From: Nemertoderma westbladi
Lineage: Eukaryota > Animalia > Xenacoelomorpha
DNA length: 64,000 nucleotides
Direction of reading: 5' to 3'
Assembly (NCBI GenBank): GCA_032718475.1
Contig: JAUCBJ010003506.1
Span: forward strand, 1 to 64,000
This document shows, piece by piece, positions 11,933 to 23,545 of the stretch (position 1 is its first letter; each line of letters opens with the position of its first letter). Under the pieces are notes generated by a model, which was not told the DNA's origin, did not search any database, and was given only the letters and a program-made list of their open reading frames with translations. The position numbers were made by a program, and so were the translations under genes.

Positions 11933-13060
11933 GCAATCATCATTTGGCATACTCCAATGCAGCGTGCATTAAGAATGCTATGCAGGCTATGGAGAAAATT
12001 GCGCCTCCACAACTCCTTTGACTTCAGCAAAGGAGATATCGTCTCGCCAATGGGAATATCTGGGAGTACAGACTAGTACACTTTTCTTCTACAAAGTTAT
12101 CAGAGAATACCCTTTCATTATTGAGGAGCTTGGTTGGAAGTGGGCCTTTCCAACCATCATCGAGGCGATCAGCTGGTGATTCTGTCTTGACCCTTGAACC
12201 TGGTGGTTGGATGGCCGCAGTCATCAAGTTGATCAATGACCCATGGCTTGGGATGAATGCCTGAGCTCTATTCGGCATCATGCATGACCTCAACCTGCTC
12301 GTTGATAAGTTCCTGTAGATTTCTGAGAACTGCTTATTCAGGGTACTACAGTAGATGCAACTTTAACTTCAATCTTGGCAGCTGTGTAGTCCGTTTGAGT
12401 AGGGACTCTCTTTGTGCCTTAGTGAGATCTTCTCGGCACTTCCAAATTCTGTGGTCTGTCCTCTGTCCAGGGTGCCTTTTTCCTGCTTCGAGGGTATACA
12501 TCAACTGTTTCTGCAGCTGCTCTGCCTTAAGTGCCTCTGTGAAGGCTTTATAGCCCTCACAATGATCTGTGTTGCCTCAGATACAAGAGCCTCATACCTG
12601 TTACTCAGCTGCAGTGTGAAACTGGATCTCACACTGGACTCTTACAATAGAGAGGACCAATCATGCCGTGGTAAGGTAGATTTCTTGGTTCTGCTAGCGC
12701 GGAGACTAATTTTTACCTTAGTCGCAATAAGACTATGATAACTGGTGAAGGTGCGAAGAGTAAATTCTGCAGAGTCCTGTATTTCTTACGAAACAGAATT
12801 TGGTCTATCTGGGACTTATGTCCACTGGGTCCACTATGAGTCCATAGCTTTCCAGTTCGCTTCTTGAACTGGGTTGAAACCGAAAACAATCCAATTCCGG
12901 AGATGAAATCCTGAAGATGGACTGAATTTCGGTTGCCCATATCGCTGTAGACCCATGGCGATGTTGAGGAGCGATGGAGTTTGGCAGTAAAGTAACCAAG
13001 AAAAGTTAAGCATACATTCTGTAGTTGGAGGCTACTCTCATGTTCCACCCCGACCAACCA
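11933..13060 (-). mobile_element. Degraded, internally deleted LINE copy A (endonuclease region joined to the 3' end)
   Basis: The minus strand encodes APE-endonuclease remnants (LWTHSGPSGHKSQIDQILF). Near 12017 it jumps to the terminal ELWRRNF motif and a 3' UTR ending in a short ATG repeat. Confidence 0.75.
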
Positions 13061-13065
13061 AGCCT

Positions 13066-14350
13066 TTGGTGAACCTGAGGCAAGTCACTAAACTAGCCTC
13101 AATTAATACCCTAACACTCGTGTCCCCAATGCGACAAGGTGAGCTGATTGCTTTGGCAGATAAACGTTCTCTTAGCGCAATGGGTTTTCAAGAGCACCCA
13201 ATGCAGACTGGTCAGCCTGATGAGGTTCTGATTAAGGACAAGGGGGCGGTTGGAAAACAACTAGTTGAGCCCCAGCAGAGGAGGTGGAAAATTTCTACCA
13301 CAACCTACAATCAACTACTGATGGAGTAGATCAGCATGCATTCTTAACATTCCTGGGAGACTTTAATGCAAGTCTGCACCAATCACCTACATCGCCATCC
13401 GCCATGGGTCTATAGCGATAATGTTAACCGAAATTTCGTCAATCTTCAGGATTTAATCTCTGGAAATGGATTGTTTTCGGCTGTAACCCAATTCTGCAGT
13501 TCAAGAAACGAACTGGAAAGCTATGGACTCATAGTGCACCCAGTGGTCACAAGTCCCATATAGACCATATTATGTTTCGTTAGAAATACAGGAGCTCTAT
13601 ACAAGACAGTAATGCATTAACACTTCGACCCTTCTCCAGTGATCACCGCCTTATTGTAGCCAAGGTAAGTCTTAGTCTGCGTGCTAGCAGAACAACGAAA
13701 TCTGCCTTGCCGCGGCATGACTGGTCCTCTCTGTTGCAACAGCCAAGTGTGAGATCCAGCTTCACACTACAGCTGAGCAACAGGTATGAGATTTTTGCCT
13801 CTGATGCAGCAGATCACTGCGAGGACTATACTGCCTTCACAAAAGCAGTTAAGTTAGCAGCTGCAGCTGCAGAAACATTTCATGTATACCCTCGAAACAG
13901 GAAAAGGGCCCCCTGGACTGACAACAAAATTCAGAATTGCCGAAATGACCTCTATAATGCGCAGAAAGAGTCCCGACTCAAACAGGCTACAGCGGCCAAT
14001 GAACAGGCAGTAATCTGTTAATCTACAGGAACTTATAAACCAATAGGGAGGTTGATGTCATCAATGATGGCGATGACAGCAGGCAATCATCCCAGGCATG
14101 GGAATCGATCAACTTTCTGCCTGGGCGGAAAAGCCAACCAAAAATTAAGATTAACGCAGAATCACCAGCCGATCGCCTCAATGGTTGGAAGGCCCACTTT
14201 GAAAAGCTCCTCAATAATGGTAGGGTATTTATTGCCTGATAACTTTATAGAAGTAAAAGTGTCTGACTCTGTACGGTACACCCAGATATTCGCATTGGCG
14301 ATATCTCCTTTGCTGAAGTGAAGGCTGCTGCAAAGAGCATTAAGACCAAC
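13066..14350 (+). mobile_element. Degraded LINE copy B (endonuclease to pre-RT linker)
   Basis: KLASINTLTL...QEH, GDFN and SDHR remnants, LQLSNRYE; ~13330-14330 is the diverged inverted homolog of ~12020-13050. Confidence 0.75.
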
Positions 14351-14858
14351 CTCTACTACTACTACGATCGGCATACTGCATTGCAGCTGCATTATATATA
14401 TATTACATATATATTAATAATGCTGTGCCTGCTTGTCGACTAAATTGCGCCGCCACAACTCCCTATCACCCATGACATTTGCTAGATCATCCGCATCTAC
14501 AAGACCACTGTGATTTAACATGCGTCTCAAGAAAGTCATGGGTTGTCCATCATACTTATTAACTTCATGAGGTAGCCAAAGCACAAGATTATGCACTGGC
14601 TGGTTCTCCCAACGAAAGCAATGTCCTGTAAAACGGAGGAGGTTCTGTTCAAGTCTCAACCTAGGAGAGCCTAATTGAACACCTCCACTGTTGTATAGAG
14701 TCTGATTTGAGATGTGTTCATTGTACTTAACACAATGAACCCGGCGCAGCATTCTTGTGAAAGTACATCCAGAGATTTGGTATCCTCTGCAGTTAGAGCT
14801 CAGCATGGACTCCCATACAAGAGTACTGGTATATGCTACTGCAGCCATAAATAATCGA

Positions 14859-15177
14859 TGTAATATAATGGTTTTGTTCAGAAATGGAAAAAATGAGAAA
14901 GCCGTCACCGGGGGTTGAACCAGCGCTATACGTTAGATATAGGATATACCACTTAAAACTGCCTGTTCAATAGAAGTGGATTAGGTGGGAGAGTGAGTGT
15001 CAGGGACTAGTGGCTGAACTGGTTAGCGCTACTGATGAGGCCTGATAGGCTGAAACGTACGTATAACGCTGGTTCAACCCCCGGTGACGCGCTTTATAAT
15101 TCTTTCAATTTCTGAACAAAACCATTATATTACATCTTTAATTACAGTTGCATTAACATCTCAACTCCAATTCATTT
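14859..15177 (+). mobile_element. 319-bp Penelope-like/retrozyme-type insertion with inverted arms and a 12-bp TSD
   Basis: Direct repeat ATAAATAATCGA at 14847-14858 and 15178-15189; inverted arms 14857-14933 and 15059-15136; contains a hammerhead core. Confidence 0.75.
15025..15070 (+). ncRNA. Minimal type I hammerhead ribozyme
   Basis: Stem I AGCGCTA/TAACGCT (one mismatch), core CTGATGA (15032-38), stem II GGCCT-GAT-AGGCT, GAAA (15052-55), short palindromic stem III (ACGTACGT), cleavage triplet GUA ending at 15063. Confidence 0.8.
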
Positions 15178-15699
15178 ATAAATAATCGAACCTTGAGGTT
15201 CCGTTTTATTCTATGGGACTTCCAAATCCTGGACAGACTATTTAACGCTGCACATGCCTCCCATTTACGTATCCGAAGGTCTTCCTGCACCTGACTTTAT
15301 GATCCATGATCCCAAGTTGCAGAAGTCATCCACGTACTCAAACAAGTCATCCCTGGTGTTTATGCCCTTACGATTAGACATTTCTTCAGGGCTGTCTAGG
15401 TTGACTGTCATGATTTTAGTCTTCTTGAAGTTTACAAAAAGACCAACACTAGATGCAACCTGATCAAAGGAGCAGAGGAGAATTTGGGCTCCCTCTAGTG
15501 ATTCTGACGGTACCCCTAAGTAGTCAGCAAAATCTAGACCAGTAGGCCTTATGTACTTTGCTGCATTTCCTCTGCTTCTTGTGCCAGTAGGGGGTGTTAC
15601 CCCATCTTTATTAAGATGGTCTAAGGACATAATCAACCACAATTACGAATGGTGCCCCCCCCCCCCCCTGAGATCTTTAAAATACTGTTTGGAGCTCAT

Positions 15700-15991
15700 T
15701 TATCCCAACATTGTAGATATGTACAGAACGATGATTCGACGAAATTTGTGTCTACTGTTGACGGTGACGCAGAACCATACGAAGTGTAATGGGGAGTTCT
15801 CCAGGGAGACACACTTGCACCATTCTTATTCATAATTGCAATTGACTATGTTCTACGCATGTCCTTAGATCATCATAATGATGATGGGGGTGATGGTAAC
15901 TCCACCTACTGGCTCCAGAAGTCGAGGAAATCCTGCCAAGTACCTAACTGATCTAGACTTTGCTGATGACTTAGGAGTACTCTCAGAATCA
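15700..15991 (+). mobile_element. LINE RT fragment D1
   Basis: TPPTGSRSRGNPAKYLTDLDFADDLGVLSES; nucleotide sequence nearly identical to the reverse complement of ~320-600. Confidence 0.85.
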
Positions 15992-16765
15992 CTAGCTGGC
16001 GTTGCTTGCGCAACGCGAAAGAAGCTCTCTAGGTTCAGACGACTGTTCAACTGTCCACCTCTTCGTTCAAGTTACACTCAAAATAATTTATATACATCAA
16101 TAATGTATATCACATAAATGACCTTTATTATGTTCTCTAAGTGTTGATGAACATAAGGCGGCACATAATTATTGACCTTTCAATAAGTTTACTATATTAT
16201 TAGAAGACCGTTGACTTTTTACTGTAAAAGTATTCGCTATCTATTTACCTATCTATGTATGTGTCTATCTATATCGGGTGAACACCTCCGAAGCTATAGC
16301 TCGTTCGTCAATGAAAGTTATATCAATCGACGCAGGTCAACCCAAGGATGTGGAAAAACGTTTTGGAAAAAATTATTAAAGTCTCTTTTTTTATTTCGAA
16401 AAATAGCACAATAACACGAAAATTTCCACAGACTCAATGATAGAAACACCAGCTGCTGGTGCTGTAAGAAGTGTGTTGTTAAGAAGTGTGTTACAGTACT
16501 TGCCAAGTTTATGACTCTATCCCAGGCAAGTAATCAAATATCAACTGTTACAGTAGTTCGTAATGTATTATCCCGCCAACTGAATAGGTCTTCCCAGTGT
16601 ACCACTCACTAATAGTTATTATTGTAGTATATTAGGCCTAGACATGTTATTGTAGCTTTAGCCAATCTGGGAGCTAAATGCCAGTTTTTTTTTATTCACC
16701 ATCACCATGTTGTTGTCCAGAAATCTGAGGATAAATGGAGACATGAAAGAAGCTAAGAGCTTCTA
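15992..16765 (-). mobile_element. Helitron-like insertion splitting LINE fragments D1/D2
   Basis: The minus-strand end reads GCGTTGC-GCAA-GCAACGC hairpin + CAG + CTAG|T; LINE sequence resumes collinearly at ~16766. No clear 5' TC end. Confidence 0.5.
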
Positions 16766-17450
16766 AGGGAGCCCAAAGGCAAAGGCTCCTCTGCTCATTG
16801 GACCAGGCTGCTTCTAGTGTTGGCCTTTTTGTAAATTCCAAGAAGACCAAAATTATGACAGTGAAGATAGACAGCCCTCAATAAATGTCTGATCGTAAGG
16901 GTATAAGCTCTAGGTACGGCTTTCTTGATCACGTAGATGACGTCTGCTACTTGGGATCATGGATCCGGATCATGGCCCAGACCTTCGGAGTCTGTCCAGG
17001 ATTTGGAAATTAAGGTTCGGTTATTTGTGGCTGTAGTAGTACCAGCTATAACTATAACGTGGGAGTCCATGCTGGTCTCTAACTGCAGAAGATACAAAAT
17101 CTCTGCACGGCACTTTCACAAGAATGCGGCGCCGGGTTCATTGTGTCAAGTACAATGAACACATCTCCAAATCTCTTTATCTCCCTTAGCTCGACTCTTG
17201 AACGGAACCGACTCCGCTTTGCAGGATATTGCTTTCGCCGTGAGGACCAGCCAGTGCATAATCCTGTGCTTTGGCGCCCTCGTGGAGTGAATAAGCGTGA
17301 CGGACAGCCCTTAACTTTCTTGAGACGCATCTTAAAGGACACTGGCCTTGAAGATGCGGATGATCTAGCAAATGTCATGGGTGATAGGGAGTTGTGGCGG
17401 CGCAATTTTGTCGACAAGCCAGCACAGCATTCTTAATATATATGTAATAG
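16766..17450 (+). mobile_element. LINE fragment D2 (RT C-terminal part to ORF end)
   Basis: ASSVGLFVNSKKTKIM, YLGSWIR, RLRFAGYCFRR...DRELWRRNFVDKPAQHS*; inverted homolog of copy C. Confidence 0.8.
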
Positions 17451-19632
17451 ATAAAGGAAATTCACACCCGGAAAAAAGGGAAAATGCCAAGGAAAAGCAT
17501 CATACCACCGAAAATATTTTTGACATCATGGAACTAATGCACAATTTATCGGAAAGAACTGCAAATGTGTGTTGCTTGCTTTTGCTTCGCTCGTATTTTT
17601 CTTTTTAAATAGTTTAAAGTTTAAAAGATTACTTACAAATATTAGTGATAAAATAATAAAATGCACTTTGACTTCCTCCATAAATCTTTTAATCTCATAT
17701 TTTGTGAACGTTTTACGGTTTTGAAGTTTTTGAAATTTACTAGAAATGGCACAGAGGTGACCTACATGGGGGAAGAGTCAAAAAGCCACGAAGTGACAAA
17801 CAAACATTCAATCGACTCACTTTATTTATTGCTCGTAATATGCTACGGGTAGATTACAGTATATGTTACCTTACTGTATGAAGTAAGGAGAAGTAGGCCT
17901 ACAGCGATGCGAGCACAATCATTTTAAATTTTGTTAATCGCAACATTGGAATCTAGCTGCTTGCATTGACCATGCTATGCGTACATTTAATTATTAATGC
18001 CATTTAAAAATAAGGAGTGAAATTAACACGTATAAGGGGGGCCTACCGTTCAACTTATGTGGGTAGAGTATACAGAAGTAACAAGTAAAGTTTACAAGAT
18101 ATGAGATATCCAAGTACAAAAAGCTGTAATAACTATTTACATACAGTACTTATGTGTAAACTTTGCAGTGTGATGATCCGAGTGCTTTGTTACACGAACG
18201 AACGTTAGTGAGTGAGTGAAAATAAAGCCACGGGGATCAGAACACTGAAAGTACTTTGCAACAAGTATAGGCCTACAGTATATGTAGTTTTATTCCAAAA
18301 TTGTAACATATTACGAAATGATTCTATATAATATACATTATAAGTGATTAGAAACTACACAAATTAAATTACAGTAATTGCTGTACAGTATAAATAAAGT
18401 AAAAATGACATAAATGATGTTATAAATGTGATAAAAATGACAAATGTTATTATTGGAGCTATGTTTAGACTGTACTACTGGTTATTAATAGCTATAGCCC
18501 GCCTACCGTTAGGTAATGCAGTAGGCCCAACTGGCTGTCAGCCAATTAATATTAAATACCACCTATTCTTTACGCGGTAACCATGACAGCGTAACTTTAA
18601 AGCTCGCGGTCCGGACATTGCATATTCCTACATGAACGGTATAGTACGGTGGTGATTTTGGTGTTTTATTAATAAATTTTGCTACTGTAAATTTACAATC
18701 ATGCCCGCTAAATTGCTAAAGTATCTAATTACTGTAGTAGGCCTACTGTATTATTACAGTGCTAGTGATTTTGATTTTGTGTTAGCTTGACTTTAAACTA
18801 AAGTACCTTAAAATGCAATCCTGCCTTCGGGCTTATGCTTATGTTCCGGTTCCGTTACAATACAGTCGGCTTTGCGGACCTCCGCTGCGCTCCACTACAG
18901 CCCTCTGGCAGGATTGCATTTATCGGGCATGGCATGATTCCCCATACTGCCATACCTCCCGACTTTTTATGTGGGATTGTTTTAATCAATACAATACTAA
19001 ATGTACAGGCCAATACAATACTGTATGTATAGTCCTCTAAAGTTGTAAAGTGCTAAATATCAACTCGCTGCTATTAATTCTAACGGCGTTGAGTAATGTT
19101 ACATACAATTTTGGAATAAAGTTCCTTTTACGGTCATGTACCAGCGTACTGCCTGAATATCACTATCTGCTGATCTGACTGTCCTGCGTGCAGAGTGGGC
19201 GATTTAAATTACTTTTTACAACTACACAACACTTGCAACAAGGCCAGAAGGCTGGAAGGCGTACCTGCAGTACAGCAGTTGCTTACTATCACTATTGATT
19301 TACAGCATTACCGGTGATCAAGGCTGCAAGGACTACTTCAGTAGTCCTTGCCGGTGATATACAGTACACTGCTGCACTGGTACAGCAGTACTTGTATCCC
19401 CAGATATAACAGTATACAGGTATAAGGCAGTAAGGTACACTATACTTCTTACTTCTATACCAGTATACAGTACCGGTAATACTGTAATACAGTAATAGCA
19501 GAATAGTGCATAGTGCTGTAGTGTCTGTACATTTATAGGCCTGCGAGACATACTGACATATTTCAGTATTTCTGTATTTAGTACCGTTGTACCGGTTGCC
19601 TATTTTGACTTTAATTACTCCTGTACTGTAAA

Positions 19633-21372
19633 ATGGCAAAACCGGGGATGCACAAAAAAGCAAGCAAAAGAACTCCATTGCGTACAAAATACAAGATACA
19701 ACGTAAAGTGAAGCAGCATCTGAAGAAAACAAAAAAAGAGAATCGAGGAAAATCTAAATTGCAAAAACGGCGTAAAGATCCCGGGATTCCTAATGACTGC
19801 CCATTCAAGGAAGATATATTGACAAGTGTGAAACTGCAACGCGATCAGAACGAGGCAGAAAAACAAACGCGGAAAGAGAAAATACGACTTGAGAATAAGT
19901 TGCGAAGCAAAGGGAAACGCTTAGATGCGGTGAACAAGTTACGGAATATAGATGGACTCGGAACGAAGGATCCCGGTAGGCTTAAAAACCTCGGTGTAAC
20001 AGTGAGTGGCAACGTCGATGTAGAAGCTGACCCGCACATCGCAGACGCCAGTTCCTCCACGCGTCGCGCCTTCTTCAAACACGTCAAGAAAGTTATCGAA
20101 GCATCCGATGTTGTGCTCGAGGTCCTCGATGCTAGGGACCCCGATGGCTGTCGTTGCAAGAGCGTGGAAGACATGATTATAAGCGATTCAACTAAACGAC
20201 TTGTCCTCGTACTCAACAAAGTCGATTTAGTTCCTGGAGAAGTCGTAGAGAAATGGTTGAAACATCTCAGACAGACATTTCCGGTGGTCGCTTTCAAGGC
20301 GTCTACTCAGGAGCAGCGATCGAGATTAGGTCACTCCAGTTCGAAGGGGAAACACGCTGGATTATCGAGCGTCGTCCCCAAGTCGAGCACCTGTTTCGGA
20401 GCGTCGAATCTTCTCCGTCTCCTCGGCAACTACACCCGGAACCGGGGTATCCGTGGTTCCGTCACGGTCGGTCTCATCGGGTTCCCGAACACCGGGAAAA
20501 GTTCCCTCATCAACAGCCTCAAACGCTCCAGGGTCTGCGGAGTGGGGGCAGCGCCTGGTGTCACCACCGTCAGTCAGCGGGTCAAACTGGACAAACACGT
20601 GACCCTCCTGGACAGTCCCGGTGTCATAGTAACCTCGGGCTCGCGTTCGCAACTGCTGCTTAAGAACTGTATCAGTGTGGACGATGTCGCTGATCCTTTA
20701 GCCGCGGTTGACGAGGTGATTAAACGATGCGGCGCCGCGCAGCTCATGGCGTTGTACAAACTCCCTGAGTTCTCTGACGCCTCAGAGTTCGCAGAAGCCC
20801 TGGCTCGGCGGCGTGGTTGCTTCAAGAAGGGCGGGGTTCTGGACACAGATAGGGCGGCTAGACAGCTGCTCAGGGACTGGGTGTCCGGCTGTCTGCGGTA
20901 CTACTGCGACCCACCAAGTACTCCCGAATTATTGTCGTCTTCCGATGTGACTTTGGTTTCGAAGTGGCGGGACGAATTCGATTTGGATTCGCTGCTTAAA
21001 GTCGAGGGTAAAGAACTTAGAGGGGTGACAGCCCTTAACGATGGTCTTGTTGTTCCTACTGATGGACCTTCAGAAGATATTCCGGAGTTGGTCGCTATCG
21101 ATGACAATGAAGTAGAGGATGTTGATGCAGAAGATGTTGAGATGGTGGATGCGGACTGTAAGATTCGTAAAATTAACTTGGTTTCAAAATCGAAGAAGAA
21201 ACTCAGCCAAACGGATTACATTCGGCCTAAAGTGAGAACCACAGGGGCCAATCTGCAGCTGAATAAAGCGAGGAAGTTGGAAGCCAAGAAATTGTCAAAG
21301 AAGAAGAAAAAGTTTGAGAAATTAGAGAACAATCTACCTGAACTGATTTCTGATGGTTTGAAGTTTATGTGA
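19633..21372 (+). CDS. GNL3: Nucleostemin / GNL3(-like) circularly permuted nucleolar GTPase (579 aa), intronless CDS, nested in CCDC33 intron 1
   Basis: Basic N-terminal Grn1/GNL3 motif (KKASKR...KYKIQRKVKQH...KDPGIPNDCPFKE), VLDARDP, G4 NKVD, G1 GFPNTGKSS, G2 PGVT, G3 DSPG, KKGG...AAR..L.DW; acidic then basic tail. Confidence 0.95.
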   Translation: MAKPGMHKKASKRTPLRTKYKIQRKVKQHLKKTKKENRGKSKLQKRRKDPGIPNDCPFKEDILTSVKLQRDQNEAEKQTRKEKIRLENKLRSKGKRLDAVNKLRNIDGLGTKDPGRLKNLGVTVSGNVDVEADPHIADASSSTRRAFFKHVKKVIEASDVVLEVLDARDPDGCRCKSVEDMIISDSTKRLVLVLNKVDLVPGEVVEKWLKHLRQTFPVVAFKASTQEQRSRLGHSSSKGKHAGLSSVVPKSSTCFGASNLLRLLGNYTRNRGIRGSVTVGLIGFPNTGKSSLINSLKRSRVCGVGAAPGVTTVSQRVKLDKHVTLLDSPGVIVTSGSRSQLLLKNCISVDDVADPLAAVDEVIKRCGAAQLMALYKLPEFSDASEFAEALARRRGCFKKGGVLDTDRAARQLLRDWVSGCLRYYCDPPSTPELLSSSDVTLVSKWRDEFDLDSLLKVEGKELRGVTALNDGLVVPTDGPSEDIPELVAIDDNEVEDVDAEDVEMVDADCKIRKINLVSKSKKKLSQTDYIRPKVRTTGANLQLNKARKLEAKKLSKKKKKFEKLENNLPELISDGLKFM

Positions 21373-21779
21373 TATTTTTCGATTGATTTGGCGCATTAGG
21401 ACGAGGTGGTTGGCAGTGGTGTGCTGCTATAGTTTTGTTCAGAGGGTTTGCTGTATGATAATGAGGGAGGGGGGGGGGGGGGGGGGGGGGGGTTGGGAAC
21501 AAATTCAATAGGAAATTCGTTTATTGTTCTGCCCCCACCCCCATATACTTCGCAAACTAGGGTCTATAACACAAATAATGGGCTCTAATCTAACAAGTTT
21601 TGCAATTAGTATTTTGTATCATGTAATTTATTAGATTAGAGTCTCGTTTACTACTTCGCGTAAGTTTTCATGACATTGTTAATTGTGTTTGGAGCCGCAG
21701 CCGCACTTCTGTAACCTGATGGGGTTAGGGGGGGGGGGGGGGGGGGTTCAAAACAATCAAAATGCATCCATCTCTACGG

Positions 21780-21930
21780 GAAATCGAAGCAAATAACAGC
21801 TGATTACTCCTAATAATAAATGCTGTAACCTGTTCTAATGTGTTTAGTTTATTGTTTTGGTTAGAATAACATACCACGGCAACCTGCTCCTTTCCCTTAA
21901 TTATAATTGCACGTTGAGATTAATTTACCG
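21780..21930 (+). repeat. Dispersed repeat copy, inverted relative to 24656-24765
   Basis: gcaaataacagctgattac...gtttattgttttggttagaataac matches the reverse complement of 24670-24752. Confidence 0.75.
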
Positions 21931-22905
21931 GTAAAGAATTTGCGTCAGTCAAGTCCCCCCCCCCCCCCCCCTCCCGTCTCAGAATGGAAGTTATATTCAA
22001 GGCACCCGTATTGCGGTATCCCGAGTTGGGTTTGCAGTTTTGTTTCACGTTCTTGTTATTATAAATATAATTTACGTGGAATAGATACTCGCTATGCATG
22101 TTTATGGGTTTGTTTTCAGCTCTCAGGGACGTTTTCAGGAATCAGATGACTAGCATACTGTAACTAAGCCGGTATGGAGGGGGTAGGCAGTCTTAATTAT
22201 ACCAGATAACTGATGTTATTTCAAACAGATAGCGAAAAGCAAATTATGGATATTATTATAAGGAAATAAAATGGAAGTAAAGTACCGCACCGATACCAAC
22301 AGAATTACAATATCAATAACTTGCAAACCCATTATTATCCTGCAAACAATAGTTTAAACTTTACTGAAACTAAATGGAATGATAGTGGAACGCGTCCACC
22401 AGAGATCAATAATTGTCTACGAAGCAACGTGTTTTTTTTATTAAGGGGAGTAATACAGGCATTTTTTTCCCCATACAAACTACTATTAAGCCTCGGTGCA
22501 CTTTTAGAACGCATAAGATTACTTTATAGGCCAACTGTTCTTGCATTGCAATCGGAATTTAACGGGCCTTCAGGTAGACCAATTGGTTTTTTGAATTTAA
22601 ATTTTTTTTCATATATTTATCTTATTTTTTGAAAAATGGACCAAATTTTCAAATAAAATTGCCGAATAATTAGTGTCACAAACATTAAAATCACAATTCG
22701 GTGTTTATGCGTACATAAGATAAAAAAAACTAATTGGTTTACGTTATTCTACGGTAAAAAATGATCCTAGTGAGTAATTTTCAAGTCTATAATTCAAATG
22801 GCAGCTGAGAAACATGTACCGAAAGAATTCTAAAAACTCATTATGAGAAAAATGCAGTTAAAATTTGAACCTTCCCGCGTAAAAGTTGTCTGTTATTATG
22901 AAATA

Positions 22906-22970
22906 ATTGATCACTATAGCAAAGGTTTTATCAGAGAGTCTCTGATAAAACCTTGGCTATAGTGATCAAT
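22906..22970. repeat. 65-bp near-perfect palindrome (32-bp arms, 1-nt spacer)
   Basis: ATTGATCACTATAGCAAAGGTTTTATCAGAGA-G-TCTCTGATAAAACCTTGGCTATAGTGATCAAT, one mismatch. Confidence 0.9.
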
Positions 22971-23089
22971 GCAGGAAAACCCAAAGTCAGTAATGTTGGT
23001 TAATTACGGTTAATTGCGTAAAATTATGAAATAATGTCTGTCAATATATACCTAGCAAAAAGAAAGCACAAAACCATGCTAAGAATTTT

Positions 23090-23545
23090 GCTATGGGATT
23101 TTCCTGGTCGCTGATTTCATTTCTGAGGTCAGTTTTCACTTTTAATGATATCTTGTTTGTCTGTATGTCTGTCTGTCGGTTTTCTGACTATCCGACAATC
23201 TGTCCGTCAAATATAAGAAAAGGGCATTAAAAGTTCAGCTAGAGGGGTTTTCCTGGTCGCAAAATTCATTTCGAGCGTCAGATTTAACATTTGATGACTT
23301 TCAAATTCTCGGATTTGCAGTCAGTCTGTCGGTTATATTTTGACGGACATACTTACAGGTATACAGACAGAAACGACGAGGCCAATTTTGAATATTGACA
23401 TCAGAAATGAAGTCAGCGCCCACGAAAACTCATATAGGGGATTTTTTAGACAGATGGTTTGCTTTTTATTGACGGGCAGACATATTGACGGACAAACCGA
23501 CTGTCAATCGGACAGACAGCAATATCTCGAGAAGTAAGACAGATC
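23090..23545. mobile_element. Degenerate non-autonomous DNA element with internal direct/inverted repeats and (GTCT)n/(CAGA)n tracts
   Basis: ttttcctggtcgc..atttcattt at ~23099 and ~23247, an inverted copy at ~23397-23425, and microsatellite-like tracts on opposite sides. Confidence 0.45.

Larger units (their letters stand above)
14352..15642 (-). mobile_element. Degraded LINE copy C (RT to 3' end, (GTA)n tail), interrupted at 14859-15177
   Basis: GLDFADYL/LGSWI RT remnant; C-terminal RFTGHCFR...DRELWRR; 3' UTR ending GTAGTAGTAGTAG (short tandem tails are typical of RTE-clade LINEs). Confidence 0.8.

Noticed and set aside
18130-19120. Short hairpins (ATGCAATCCTGCC/GGCAGGATTGCAT) and TTTATTCC/GGAATAAA ends suggesting a Crypton-like element
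   Set aside because: Boundaries and family could not be established by eye.
19845-21107. Antisense and alternative-frame ORFs over GNL3
   Set aside because: Shadow ORFs of a GC-richer coding region with no recognisable motifs.
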